A stretch of 64,000 nt of DNA, taken from Chrysomallon squamiferum (Eukaryota > Animalia > Mollusca). Every line of letters begins with the position of its first letter. Position 1 is the first letter of the stretch. The position numbers and the translations under genes were made by a program. The stretch lies in the NCBI GenBank assembly GCA_012295275.1, contig CM022665.1, positions 12,400,001 to 12,464,000 of the forward strand, read 5' to 3'. Shown here one piece after another: positions 26,359 through 41,313 of the stretch. The notes beneath the pieces were generated by a model that saw only the letters and a program-made list of their open reading frames with translations, was not told the DNA's origin and made no database searches.

Positions 26359-27092
26359 CAGTGGTACCTCGAGTTACGAGTGCCCCAACTTACGAGTTTT
26401 CCGAGTTACGAACGGCAGCCCGGTCGATTTTTTGGTTTGAGTTGCGAGCCGCGCCGCTGCTAGTTGGCGCATCGAACAACACAAAATCCTGCGTCTCACT
26501 CGTTTACTTCACGTGGTTACCTCGCCGTGGAAGCATCTCTGTTGTGTTGTGCTCGCGTTTTGTGCAGTATTTTGCCAAATTCCCATAGATCCTAAGAAAG
26601 TGAGTGCAAAGGACAGTACTGAGAAGAAGAAGCGGATGACATCCATTGCATTAAAGTATGAAATCATAGAAAAACATGAGAGGTGTGCGTGTAGTCAAAG
26701 TGGCTAGGCAGTACGAGTGTAGTACTTTTATGATATGAACCGTACTGAAGCAGAAGGAGTCGACAAAGGCTGTAACTCCAGCCAAAGGCTTTAAAATAAT
26801 TTTTGAGCTGAGGACATCTGTCCATGAAGAGATGGAGAAACCCTAACCCTGTACACTTTACAATAGCAATTTATTTCTTTATAATTCTCTTTTATTTTGT
26901 TTTTATGCAATATTTGTCATTTATACACACATTTTTCTTATTTAAAAACGCTTTAAAAATAATTGGGGTGGCTTTTGGGGAGAAGGAACTGATTAATGGT
27001 ATTTCAGTTAATTTCATTTCGGAAAATTGATTTGATATACGCGCAAATTTGAGTAACGGAACTAATTAAACTCGTAAGTCAACGTACCACTG
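26359..27092 (+). mobile_element. Non-autonomous (internally deleted) Tigger/pogo-family Tc1/mariner DNA transposon
   Basis: The left TIR cagtggtacctcgagttacgagt matches the reverse complement of the right end actcgtaagtcaacgtaccactg. TA flanks the right end (TG on the left). An internal transposase N-terminal remnant is present. Confidence 0.88.
26585..26840 (+). pseudogene. Tigger/pogo transposase N-terminal fragment (CENP-B-type/psq HTH), frameshifted and truncated
   Basis: Reads (ATA)DPKKVSAKDSTEKKKRMTSIALKYEIIEKHE, then a frameshift, then GVRVVKVARQYECSTFMI*TVLKQKESTKAVTPAKGFKIIFELRTSVHEEME. The start codon is apparently mutated, there is one in-frame stop, and no DDE domain. Confidence 0.85.
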
Positions 27093-27879
27093 TATTTAGT
27101 TGTTCTAAAGCATGCTACACAAGACCGGAGTCTGGTTGTTTGGTAGAAACATGACGTAGAGAGAAAAGGTAGTGCTGGTTTTCTCCCAAATGTCTCTAAG
27201 CAGAAATCGACAGCTGAAAATGATATATGTACTGTCTGAAGTGAACTCTATAGCTGCATATCTAAACATGCTACTTTTTATTAAACGAAAACGTACAAAT
27301 GAAATGCATTTAATCAGTGAAGTAGGCAGCATATCTCTATGTATCGAGTTTTCACATTAATTGAAAATATTTTAATTTATCTTCAAAGGTATCTTACATA
27401 TTTCCTGCAACTGTAAGATCTCTCCTTCTTTTGAATTTATTTAATCAACTTTTTGAAATATGAAAATCACTCAGAATAAAGCGACAGCTAACCATCATGT
27501 TTTATTGAACTTTTCTTTAATTGAACAATTTTTCAAATACTTCAGACGCGTCCCACTCGGTTCACAAAATAAATACATTCATTTACACGAAAGCAAACCA
27601 CTTGCTTTGAATCAGTCATAACAAATCTTCAAAATCTGTAACATAAATCATCAAGTCTTCTTGTTCTGGAATTCCACAGCTGCCATTCTTTTATCAGTTT
27701 TATCACACTTGTAAAATAATTTTTTTTTTTTTTTTTTTTTTTTTTCTAAATTTATTGCATTATATCTGTTGAGATTTTTGATTAAGCGACATCACTCGAG
27801 TGTGTTTGAATAGCAAAACGGATCGCTCAGTCAAAGAAGCTGAGAGGTAATAATTTACCTTTAATGAAATCATCACAGA

Positions 27880-28110
27880 CATCTGACCTATATCTGTGTG
27901 TACCACATCAACGCTTCATTCACTCTGTTGATTCATGACTGACGCTCGACCGGACCGAAACATTAATTTCCGTCTCGTGGTTCCTCTGGCAAGTATCTTA
28001 GGACGTGAGTGATGTCTGCGCTTTCTCGTCCAGTAATTACGACCATCTTGAAACAGAGCAAGCATCTGTGGTTGAATTAGAACTGGGAAAAGATAAGTGG
28101 TCATTTCCTG
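27880..28110 (-). mobile_element. Decayed RTE-like LINE C-terminal fragment
   Basis: Minus-strand RHHSRPKILARGTTRRK...GRA resembles the RTE C-terminal pattern RHDSLxKTILQGTxEGxRRRGR; the segment is locally GC-rich. Confidence 0.35.
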
Positions 28111-28429
28111 ATTCCAGTATTTCGTTGACAGTGAAAATTGTTAAGAATCTAGAACAGTCAGTAGTGTAATTAGTGTTGATGGTATGTAGATTTAATTAGG
28201 ATAATAACATGTTCAGAGAAATGAGGGCATTACAAAAAACAAAACAATTTTTTTTTATGTATTTGTATGTAAGGTCATGATCTTTTGAAAGATGTTCTGA
28301 ATATACAGGCTCACGCTTATCCGTTCACAAACCCTCAAAGGTATCCAAAACCAGACACGGATAATTAAACATACAAATTAAATTTTCTATGAAGACTTAG
28401 CATCAGATATATATATATATCTATATATA

Positions 28430-28523
<94 letters not shown>

Positions 28524-28990
28524 TTAACTGATATTCATTAAAAGCTATACATATGTAAAAAAAAAATTATATATATATATATCAAAACATTTTTTTCAAG
28601 TCAGTGCTCAAATGAAAACATATACAGAAATAGACACATTACTTTGATGGAAATGGAAATGTTACTTCCGTGATGCTGGGTTCAGAAATGAACGATCAAT
28701 TATCATTAATTATATATACGTACATTCACTTAATAGTTTACTTACTAAAAACTTCATTTACACAGTCGTTAATTGTACATAAACATTTGAAAGAAAATGA
28801 GTGAATTCATTTTGCCAACGTAAATCTTTTGAAGTTGTTGCCTTAAAATGTTGTGTTTGTTAACTGTTTACATTGGTATCTAAGCTGCATTTCTATTAAA
28901 AGGAATCGTCAAAATTATTTCTTACTAAAAGCACTCTCCGTAAATAATGTAAACCTATGTCATTATTTTCAAAGTAGTGAAAATGAAATG

Positions 28991-29042
<52 letters not shown>

Positions 29043-29694
29043 CGTTATTATTATTATTATCGTTATTATTATTTAAAATGTATGTATATACAATTATTTT
29101 AGATCAAATAGACAATAAAGAATGAAACAGTTTGTACGAAACTCAGAATTACAAACTAATTTCAGTAAGTGGAACTGCGTTAGCGACAAAAACAGTCTGA
29201 AATAAGAAACAGTCAATTAACAGATTTTTAGAAGAACACAAAAAAAATAACAAATGCAGAAGTTTCAAATATTTATAAACTAATTGCATATTCGCCACTA
29301 AACGTTAAAATACTTTTATTCTAAAGTGATACATACAGCTCCGATCAAAGAAACGAAAATATAAAATAAATGGAACATTCTTGAAATTTATAATGGAAAG
29401 TGATTTATTATGTATTATTGTAATACTTTAATGCCATTTTTCTATAACTGACTGTAAGCTAAATTAAATTCATCCAAAAAACAACATTAGAAGTTGATTT
29501 AAGTGAATAATTAACTTCACTTTTCTGAGTGATTTTAAATCGGTCTTTCGATAAGAACTCTATTTTAAAGTCAGAGCTGCATTATTCACCTCTGCTAAAC
29601 AAGATTCTTTCAAAACCACGATGAAAATAGCATTTAATTTTTTTTGTTTTTTAAATTCTAGAAATTGATTCTATAGAAATTGAGTGGGTTATTT

Positions 29695-29728
<34 letters not shown>

Positions 29729-31032
29729 CTTGCTTTTCTTTGACAAGCGAATTTGACATTTACTTTTAATGTTCTTCAGAAGTAAAAACTAAATTTCTAG
29801 TGCACAAAACTATAGAAAAATCCGTCAGTAAGATATAGGAATGGTTTAGATGTTAAGCCTTTAAAACCTGAAGAGATCATATTTGACTACGGTTAACCAG
29901 AACAAAACTATTAAAGGAGTGATTTAAAAAAAATATATATATTTGTTTTTCTCCTTCAGATCATGAGACTGTATAGTAAAGAATTCTAAGTGCGTGCCCA
30001 AATAAAGTTTTCTTAGAGAGAGAGAAAAAAAAAAATGTTAGGCCTCTTTCTAAAATTAAAGAAGTCATGAATTCAGTTTATTTTGAAAGGAAAAAATTCA
30101 ATTTGAGATCGCGGTTCGAGATGAATAATAAAAATCGACAGGAAGTAAATAAACCGATTTGATTTGAGTGCGAATGATTATTTATGTAAATTCTGTTATC
30201 CGTGGTGAACAGAGTTATAAACTAGTCACAGAAGATGAAGTAAAACAGTGCCTTGTGTAAAATTACACTGACGTACGTCCAATTAATTTAGTTTTCAGTC
30301 TGTTTTGTTTTGCTACTTGAGTTTTGAACTAGTACGGCTACGGTCAGTATGAATTAATTCTGAGATTGGCAGAATTCATGAAGATACGAAAAAAAAAAAA
30401 GGAAACAAGAAAGAAAGAAAAAAGCGCCAAATGTTTACAATGTAACTTTTAGATAGAAATCTGGTAGTAGTTAGGATCGAATCGCGGAGATGATTATACA
30501 TTTTTGTGCTATTATTAGCTCTTGTCTTAATTAATAGTCTGCGGTTTGTTTTAAGTCAGTTCATAAATAATTACATTTTAGTTTTAATAACGTAATTGTA
30601 AAGCTATTCATAATTATAATATGTATTGCTTATTATTATTATTTTAGTCTAGCTATATTCTTCTATGTTATACAGTAATAAAAACAGAAACTATAAAAGG
30701 TTGTATATCACCATACAATGCATACCTAATGGGTGTTTAAAATTATATTGTTATGTTTGATTCAGACTCTAATGAATAAGATTTTTCCTCAGTGTTTATA
30801 ACCCTTTCTGGTTTATTTCTAATCTATAATACATAAACCTGGGCGGCCTTTATTCTGTAAATGAAATGATTTAATGTTCTCTACAGAGAAACTCGGAATT
30901 TCTTTTAAGATTTTCCACGACAGTCAAGACTATCTTTCCTATTCTAAAATCACAAAGAAGATTAATAACGAATGTTTCTGCCCACGTAGAATATAGACAT
31001 GTCGGTCAACGTCAATGTGTATATTTAAATAT

Positions 31033-31128
<96 letters not shown>

Positions 31129-33989
31129 CATTAATGCAATGCACCAGTGTTTCACAATTAAAAAGATAATATAAGCATTATAATAAACTGAACAAAAAGA
31201 GAGGGATTGTGGAATCTCTGTAACTGTTATTTCCTAATGAATATTCTTTTGAGTTACTTTGTGACGTCATAAAGACATGAAATTCTCTAATGGTAATTAA
31301 TTGAGCCGTAGAAAAAATATAAAAAAGTAAATCCTGCTTTTCGTGCGAATGATTTAAATCAGTGACATGAGTAGTGCAAATTTACACATGAAAATATTTC
31401 ATAATCCCTAGCGATTTTGTGAAAACAAGTCCGCCATTCAATCAGTTCTCTAGTTCAAATAATAATAATATAAATTTAATAAGCATCTGGTATTAATAAT
31501 GTCCGAACCCCAAAAACTAGCATTAGAGAATTTTTCATAGAAAATCGTTCCATGATACATTGACTGGAACTTATACTTTTTATTCTTCTTCATTGTTTTT
31601 TTTAAAAAATCACGCAGAATATTCATTTGGATTGAAACCACCATGAACTGAGAGACTCTGATTAAAATATTTTTTTCTTCACTACTCGTATTGTTTTGAT
31701 TTTGTTTTTTGCACTTGGAGACGACAAAAAAAAAAAAAAAAAAAAAAAAAAAACATCTACAAGATTAAGCGCATATCTTATTTAGACGAATCTTCATTGA
31801 ACCTCATTTTGATGAAAGTTTTGTTTAAGAGGACTTATTTTCAGTAAAAAGTTTTGATGAAAAATTTCAGTGTGCAATGGAAATCGATTTTGTCATTTCG
31901 TCTTTCCTGGATATTGTCTGTAAGTCTCAGAGATTTCTGAGATATTGTTCAACCTTCACAACAAATTAAACATTACCTAACAACGTCTGAAATATTTTTT
32001 ACTTAATTCATTTTATTAAGGTTGGGATTTATCAAACGTCCATTATTATTGTATATTGGTGTGTGTATCTAAATGCTAATTATTTATTCATTACCTTTAC
32101 CTCAGTAAACATTATTTAATCCAAGGTTATAATTTTTAATACATTGTGGTTTAAAAAAAATCTTGTTCCAGGCGTCAGAAAACATCAAAGGTTACTCCTA
32201 CCAAAACACTAAGGATTACTCCTACCGAAAACGTCCTAAAATCACTAAAAACGTAATCCTTTATAAACCAGTGATTAATAAGCGATGTATAAAATAAATA
32301 AATAACACTGATGAGCAAAAGTCAGCTTCAAAAAATAATAAAGTGCAAATTTAAAACTTAGCATTCAGTTCTGATTATTTTTTGTGCAGTTATTAAATGT
32401 TAAGAAGTAAATTATTGTTCTACTTAAGTAATAAATGAAATAAGCTTGTGTCAATAATTGAATAATATTGTCACCATATGTTGTATACTACTCACAAATA
32501 AAACAGAAAGTTAATGTCTTAAGGCGCTTATAGCAACAGGATTTGTCTGTCCACAAAATTTATCAAGATTATTTGGAAAACGTCAAGCAAAAAATTCGCT
32601 TATTTATGTTGATAAACTGTTGCGACGCAGACAAAATTCAATAAACAACTTAAAAATTAGAATAAAATTTTACTGACTTATATATTTTGAGCTTATTTCC
32701 GTGTTTTTAATGACAACAATAGTACTTAAATATGTAGGCGAAAGAAATTTGACATTACCTAACGACATTAAACAATTTCATGAGTACATTTTATTTTTTT
32801 CAGCTTTCATGCACTGAAAATATAACTGTATTGGTCATTCAGATTATGTGTCTCAGCTAGCTTACAGCTGACGATCTGTTTGTAAGTCGAAATCATGGTC
32901 TCTATGCAATTTCGTCATTAAAGACGCTAAGAGAAAATTAATATGTTCTTATGATTTATTTATTTTTAGAATATTATCGTATTTTTTTTGTTGCCATATG
33001 TCTGTGTTAGGATATAAATGGAAAATAACCAAACATCAGAAAACGATTATGTCTGTCTGGTTTGCTTGAAATAAAAATGATCTAAATACAATAATATTCG
33101 ACTTTCATTGCATAAATGACACTGATAAAATACCAAATAAGTGACCGGGTTTATTTTCGAATCCAAATCACAGTTTGGAACCAGAAATAAAATCAAACTG
33201 CGACTAATTGCCAATTAAACTTCATAGTTTTCTCGACATATTCTAAATATTTTGCAGCAAAATAAAACGGCAGCTTTGAAACGAATATTGATATTAACAT
33301 CACTGACAAACTCGGATGTAAAAATAATAAGCAGACGTCTTAATATATTTCAAGGACGTTTCATTCAATAAAAAGGTCGTCATTTTTGATGACTCAAACT
33401 TGATCGTATTTGATATAATTAGTTAGTGTCCTGTCGCTTTCCTGTCAGTTCAAGACAGAAATGTGCTGGGTTCCTGGGCATCTTTTCAGATTTCGCCGTT
33501 TGCATTTTACGAGACAACCTGTTGCCACTGTTAAGCTCAGTCTAATTGGGGAAAGTCTCTGAACGATTCTGCTTGCATTGACAAGGTTTCGTGCTATCGC
33601 AGCAGGAAACCATATATAGTAATAGCGAATATGAAAAGATCAGTTAGAATTACAGCTGACTTACTGTCGTTCAGAATTTTTCCAGATATTTTTTTGTCAT
33701 TCAGTGGGATATGGGGGCAATGATAAATTTAGCACCAGCATATTAAAAAGAAATAGTTTTTTTTTTAAATATTTTATTTTCTGAACAAAAGCCAAGTAAT
33801 GCACCCTATGATCTCAATACATCGGAGAAAAGTTAGCGCATTTGTTTATAACCACATTCCTGGCTAATCAATAATGTGTTTAGATAAAATGCATCAGAAA
33901 AAAATCCAACGTTAAAACTGTTTTCCTAAAGGAAATCAATTCCATTTTTTTTTTTAAAGAAAGCCTGTTTTCTAGGACTTTATGTATAA

Positions 33990-34023
<34 letters not shown>

Positions 34024-35682
34024 TTTTTATTTTTTTTTATGCTTTTCTTTTATTTATTTTATTTTTTTTTTTTTTTTTTTTTTTAAGATTAAATAATTTT
34101 CTCCTTTTTCGTCTTCTTCTTCTCTGTATTACATTTTCCAAACTTTCGAATTCTTTATTATCATCTGCAGTTAAAAAGACGTATCACTGACAATGCAGAA
34201 TCTTCTCTGAAACATCATATTATGCATCTACGTACTCTTCCATCGAGTGATGTGTTTTTAGACAATAAAAAACCCATTTCATCCTGAAGGTTGTGCCACC
34301 CTTATTTCTGAAACTCTTTCACTGTGTTCAAATCAACATTCGTGTACCAACAACTTACACTGTTGTAATGTGGATCCTGCACTTAACGTCAGTGCTTCCT
34401 GAAATGGCGTAGAGAACATAATCCTCACAAAACAATTGGCTGTGATAAATTTCTCAAATATAAGACTGTTTGTCAAACTGGCGGCTACTTTCTGTCAATG
34501 GTCTGTCATTAGCTGGAAAATAAGTAGATTTATTTCTTATTCAGAAAAGCAGAATATTAAACTATTTCAACAACAGAATGATTGAAAACTGTGTAAATTG
34601 GATCAGTAGGCACTGTTTTTGTCCTCGTAAAGTGGGTGCAAAGACACAATTTATTAAGACGCAAAATGTTTGTTGTAGTTTACATAGCTTATAAATTACT
34701 GGGAAGGATTTGGATGTGAGATCATCATTATAAAAAGACTGTTGTTTGTCGTTGGTGGTGTTTTATTTATTTATTTATTTACTTTTTTGTTTATTTGTAT
34801 GTTCAACTGTTAGCCCGTTTGTTTTATTTATTAGTTTTCTGAGGAAATTTAAGATTCTCCTTATATAAGGTTGTGCTTATTGTTACTGTTTTAAATTTAA
34901 TCTTGTTCTTGTTGTAGTTTTTTGTTGTTGTTTTTTGTTTGTTTTTTTGTGGATTTTTTTCTCTTCATTTTGGGCAAAGATTGTTTGCGTTATTGTTTTT
35001 TTTTTTTTTTTCTTCTTTTTTTCTTGTTTGTTGTTTATGTTTTGCTTCCTTATTGTTTTGTTTGTTTGTTTTTTATGGTAATGATTTACTTGTTTATAAC
35101 ATAGTAATTCTTCGTCTTACTAAAATTAATGATTATCACGAGTCTTGTCACTGTGTATTCTTCTACCAAATTACAATTTCAGCTTTAATATTAATTAATT
35201 AATTTTAAAAAAAATCCAGACTTATTATATTATTTACATAATTTCTGCACTGTTCAGGGCCGCTAATGTGCAATAACAACGTCTTTAAAAGCTTCATTTT
35301 GTCGTAAAGTAAAAGACACGTATGGCTGCCAGTATGGAAGATTTTCACTTAACTTATAATTATGTAGTCGCAGTAACCTTATTTATATAAATAAGGGCAA
35401 TACTGTGTTGGTATGGTCGCATTTAATTACATTCTCAGATCTTTTATAACATAAATTAAAAGGTTAATAACCAATATTAATTTAAAAAATATTCTGTACG
35501 TGTTCTATTGGACCTAAATCATTATCTCATCATTAATAATGTCATGATCGTATCATCAAAGTTATCAATACCCTTACCGATTTAGTATCTGTTTTTATTG
35601 TCCCAGATGTTTCTTTTGTTATTTATTTTATATTGGTGGTAATATTGAAGCTAGAGGCGCTGTTTCTTTTGTGGTTACTGCT

Positions 35683-35781
<99 letters not shown>

Positions 35782-37659
35782 TACAAATGATACAGCCACA
35801 GTATGACTGACACAGAGGGACAGACTGACAAGCTAACACTGAGAGAGAGGGGGATAGAAAGAACCCGACAGATAGATAGATATACAGATCAACAAATCTG
35901 TAGCAGATAATATAGCAAGACGATCACAATAAATTGTTAGTTGGGTTGTTCTTTTTTTGTGTGTGTTTGTTTGTTGTTTGTCTGTTCGTTTGTTTGTTTG
36001 TTTGTTTGTTTGTTGTTTGTTGTTTGTTTGTTTATTTGTTGTTTTGTTGTTTTCTTCTTCTTCTTTTTTTTTCTTTTTTTTTTTTTTTTTTTTTTTTTTT
36101 CTGAAGATACAAAGTCTAAGATTTGATAATACTATAATTATCTCAAAGTGACCACAGCTCTGTGTGTGAATTGTCTGACATTAATTTTAAATCAAACGGA
36201 ATTACATCAGACGAAATGGCAATAATCGGCGCACTTTTCAAATAAAAAATACATCTTCAAGACACGTACCACTGGCCTGGACAGCTAAGTAACTGCAAAT
36301 TATTGCGACTTGTTCTCTAAGCTGATTCTTTTGCTAAGAGGTGATAACACTGGACGATTTATAAAACCAATCAGTCTGAAGACGAGACCAGACTAGATAG
36401 CACTTAAAATTTAAATTAAAACAGGAGAGATGGGAATACAGGAAGTAGCCTGTTTTCCGTCAGTAAGTTTAATGTGTCTGGACGTTTAGAAATAATGACA
36501 TAGTTGTGTTGTTAGTTTTCTGAAAATAATTACATAAATGTACAGAATTCATATGGCTTTGTTTCCAGATGGACACTGTTTATGAGAGGGTTAACTGTTT
36601 GTTTGATTTTATATATATATATATATATTTTTTTTTTTTTGTTCTTTTAAATATTATTATTAATTTTATTTTACTTTATTATTATTCCTATAACTACTAC
36701 CAATACTAATACTTAAACACCAACTACTCTTAATATTAATACTGCATTATTACTACTGCTATTACTATTACTATTTTTAACGTTATTAGTAATGCAGTTG
36801 GTGGTGGTAGTGTTGTTTTTACTAGTGTTCTGCTTATTTTACACGTTACCCTCTCTGATTTATATACTGATCAGATAATAGTGATAGGCTTTTCTAGGGT
36901 AACTTTTCTTTTTACTATGCTAAATCGACAAGCAGGCTGGCAGATGAATGAATGCAATTATCTCTTTTTATACACACAGACACGGACACATACGTACGCA
37001 TATACATGGGAACAACAAATGCAGAAATGATTCGTTTCAAATCTCATTTCAGATTACTTGCTTGGAACAAACAAGAGTTTGAACTACCGTACATGTTTTA
37101 TACAGTTTTCGATAAAGTATGTATTATCCCGCCTCAATAAAGACTGTATTAGAGCTTTATAGCGGAAGTAAAACGTTATTCTCCATTTAATTATAGCTAA
37201 AAGCCAAAATTTACGGAGCGACGTCGACTTCTGGTGGACTTTACACAAAGATAATATCCGGTTTGTATGGTGATTCGCACATTTCTTTACAAAATTCGCT
37301 TAATGCTTACCTGATAATTTTTACTAACCGGAATCTTTACTTCCGTGCACTTATGGGATTTTCATTTAGACACTGAGACTAACTAGCATTTAGTTTTCAG
37401 ATGCATGATTCTAGAAATTACCAGTAATGGCACGTCACTGACCGTTATCGTTAAACGATTAATATTTCCGTAAATCGGCCGAGTTCGTTAGTGTCCTACC
37501 CTCCGTGCAGGAATTCATGTGGGCGTGTATTTTAAAAGGGGAGGAGGGGGTGGACTGTTCTTATTTTCTTTTTTCTTATTATATATGCATGTATGTATAT
37601 CAAGTTTGTTTCTCGTAGGTGTTCCTTTTTTTAATATATATACATATTTTTAAAAAAAA

Positions 37660-38560
37660 TACATTTAAATTACAAAAAAACAAAAAAAAACAAAAAACGT
37701 AATAAATAGTTAAAAAGTTAAATGAAATCTCTATAACCTTACCAGATAGTTACAGCTTTAACTTTTATTTATTTATTTTATTTTTATTTTTATTTATTTA
37801 TTTGTTGCTGTTGATAACATGGATAATTCCGAGCAGTGCTAACAGACAATGAAGAAAACTCAGTTAACATGAATAAAACAGAACAGAAACTTCAAGGTTG
37901 GCACTTTGATATTTTTTCCATACAGAAGTTTGAAATGAAACTTCTGTTAAAGAAGCCTTACAGATACCAATGAGTTTTCCAAATGTTTAGTACAAGTTAA
38001 GAAAAAAAAGAAGAAAAAAAGTCATAAACACTGAGAGTATGTCTAAGTGATCATAAACTCATTTCTTTCTCATTAACCGAACATAATTAAAGTACTATTC
38101 ACCAACATTATAATGTAAAGCTATTTCCATGAAAACATTAATAAAAAAATAATAATAATAATAATAAAATTAAATAAATAAAAACAACAACTGTAAACTG
38201 GATTTGAAGAAATCCAAATTAACGTAGCTATACATTATAATGCTGGAGAATAGTTCTTTAATTGTGTTAAGTTAATGAGAAAGAAATGAGTTTATGATCA
38301 CTTAGACATACTCTCAATTTCAATGATTTACTTTTTTTTCTTTCTTTTTTTTTCTTTTGTAACCTGTATTAAACATTGGGAAAACTCATGGGTATCTTTA
38401 AGGTTTCTTTAATAGAAGTTTCATTTTCCAAAAATATCAAAGTGCCCGGAATTATCAATATTAGAAAAAAACAATTAAAAAAATAAAAGTAAATAAATAA
38501 ATAAATAAAAGCTGTAACTATAAAGTTGTTTTTTTTTTTTTTTTTTATGTATTGTGTGTA
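37660..38560. repeat. Long imperfect inverted repeat (fold-back) with a loop of about 100 bp
   Basis: 38032-38077 is the exact 46-bp reverse complement of 38271-38316; complementarity continues inward and outward. Confidence 0.92.
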
Positions 38561-39500
38561 CAAAACTGATTTACTGTGTCTGTTAGTAAGATTGCTCAGA
38601 ATTATGCCATAAAATTACCAAATGTCTAAATTAAATAATTTTTTTCTTACGAAATTATATAACAGGTATTTCTTAGATATAAAAAATGGTCACTGCACTG
38701 TCATTTTTCCATGATGTAATTGAAGGTCTAAATAAAAAAATAAATAAAACGTAGCCATTTATCATTCAGAAATGAGTTTCTTAATCAGAAAGAGATTGCT
38801 GGGCCTATATAATAAACAACATAACACCTAACACTGTGTGGTAAAAAAAAAAAAAAAAAGCTTAACTTTCTGTAAAAGAACAGTTTTACAGTCAAATCGT
38901 GCGGAAAGCGAAGTTCTTATTACCCCCACTTCATCGTAACGTCCTTCTTAACACAGAAAACTACATTATCCTAAAAACATGCCTCGGAATATTGGAAAAC
39001 TTGACTTCTTAACGTCCGTTTACGCGTGCGGCTTGCACATAAAAGAAAAGCAATTGTAAATCTCGTTACGTGCGAAAATAATCTTTAAAATGTCTCGTCT
39101 GATGAGTTGAGCCTTGCAAATGAGGTCAAGGAGACGAGTTTTGACGGCAGGCATTACAAGTCTGAGCGTTTTTGTCACAACTGTGGTCGTATCATACTGT
39201 CAATCGGTTTTTATCACGTAACGAAACGTTAAAATAACATTTTTGAGTAATTTTCATTACGACGGAAAGGGAGATCACTGTCCTAGACGAAACCTATTTG
39301 CACTATGTTCGTTGTCTATATATGGTATGGTATTTTTTTACTGAGTATAAACTTTATAGTTTCTAACGGATCAAAAATTGTTTTATCTAATGCAGGATAC
39401 TGATGTATATTATCATTAGTCATTTTAAGGGTTTATTTCTTGTTTCAAAATTTTTAACGTTTTTGGTTGCAATTTTTATTATTTATTTGACTGAATGACG

Positions 39501-39582
<82 letters not shown>

Positions 39583-39921
39583 TATTTATCTATCTGATGG
39601 CTTAATTACATATCTGTCTCAGTCTGTTTGTCTGGCTTTGTCTTTTTCATATTCTTCATCCCTATTTTTCACTGTTTGTGTGCATATTTGCGAGTGTGGC
39701 CGCATATGAAAGTTCAAGGCAACAGTAACACATTATCCGAGAACTCTTGGAAAAAGAGGATTTACGTCTTTTCCTCAACACGTATTTCTTTTCTGTTCAT
39801 CTTCATCATATTTCACATCAAATGCTTCTTTGATGAATCAGCAGAATATTTTGCTTTTCAAGCCAATGGTCTAAGACATTAGTTAAGTGCTGTATTATCC
39901 GCGGTGTGATGATTAACGTGG

Positions 39922-39956
<35 letters not shown>

Positions 39957-41263
39957 TTTTTCAGCTTCTAGGGTTTCCGATAGAAACATCTGTGTCTTTG
40001 TTATACCAACAGCTTCTTCCGACAACTTCATTATCTTAGGCAAGACAAATCACCATTCATCTTATCATCATTACACACTTTTGTAAACGTAAAAGTACGC
40101 ACTTGTTATCAGTAATGTATTTATATTCATACAGTGTATCTTAAATGCTGTCGAATTACGGCGAGAGTGTAAATAAAGTTCAGTTAAATTATTAACGATA
40201 GCCATGCTTGAACAATTATAGTACAAGAAACGTTTTATTGAATGTTGTTTTTAACACACCAGCCTGCATATATTTAATCTACCTTTACCAGGCGTCGTGC
40301 GCATCATTCAGAATCGTAATGTTAATTAGAAAGGAAACACAATGCTTGCACGCTATTTGCTTTTCATTAAATGATCTAACTGCTTTGACTACCATGATTA
40401 TCGCTCAGAAATATTCCATGACGTGTAAGATGTTAGAAGATTATTTGGTTAAGTCATAATAATTTTATTTATTTATTTATTTTATCCGAGTTTTTGTACC
40501 TGATACGTTACGTATTAAAAGATGTTACCTTTTATACGCACCTTCCAAAAGACAAGATAATACATACCTGAACATTTTGTGAATCATTCATGGCAAACTG
40601 CCCAGAACGGGAAATATGGTTATTTATCTTTATTTTTCTTTGTGAATGATGTTGCTGTTTATGGAACTGGTAACCATAGGTCAAGATCACGAAATAACAC
40701 GGTCGAATCGCTGATAATATTTGATAAAGGCATGTTAACCACTATTCTTGTCCATAATCAAATATTTTCAGAAATGTAGTTACGTCATCGATCAGAATCT
40801 GTGAAAATAACCTTGCTGTACTAAAAAGAAAATGTGGAGCATGAATCTCGAAATAAACAAGTAATTGTGAATTTAAATGAGAAATGCCAATAAATGGAAA
40901 ATTTCCTTCACAAACAATTATAATGGTGATTGGTTTTCATTTGTAAACATTTACAGATATATATATTTTTTTTTTTTTTTTTTTTGGCATCACTTAGGGA
41001 ATGTAATATTTTTATATGGATATCCGAAAGCATGCTATTTCTTTATTTTGGGTAATTTTTGTCGTTTCTGCAATTAGAAAAAATATTTCTGATCTTCAAA
41101 TGTAAATTGTGTTTTACAGGTTCCATCAACATAACAAATAACAGAGTTCACGGAAATCTGTTACAAACAAAATTCTTTTTAATACTTAATAAGAAGAAGA
41201 AGAAGAAGAAATAATAATTCATTTTTATTTTTCTTTAAATTATTTTTTTTTTTATTTATTATA

Positions 41264-41313
<50 letters not shown>

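Noticed and set aside
26838-26850. aaccctaaccct as an interstitial telomere
   Set aside because: Only about two units, located at the deletion junction inside the Tigger element.
31262-31269. Isolated perfect CRE palindromes (TGACGTCA at 31262 and 42373)
   Set aside because: One or two occurrences in 64 kb is close to chance expectation, and no supporting motif cluster surrounds them.
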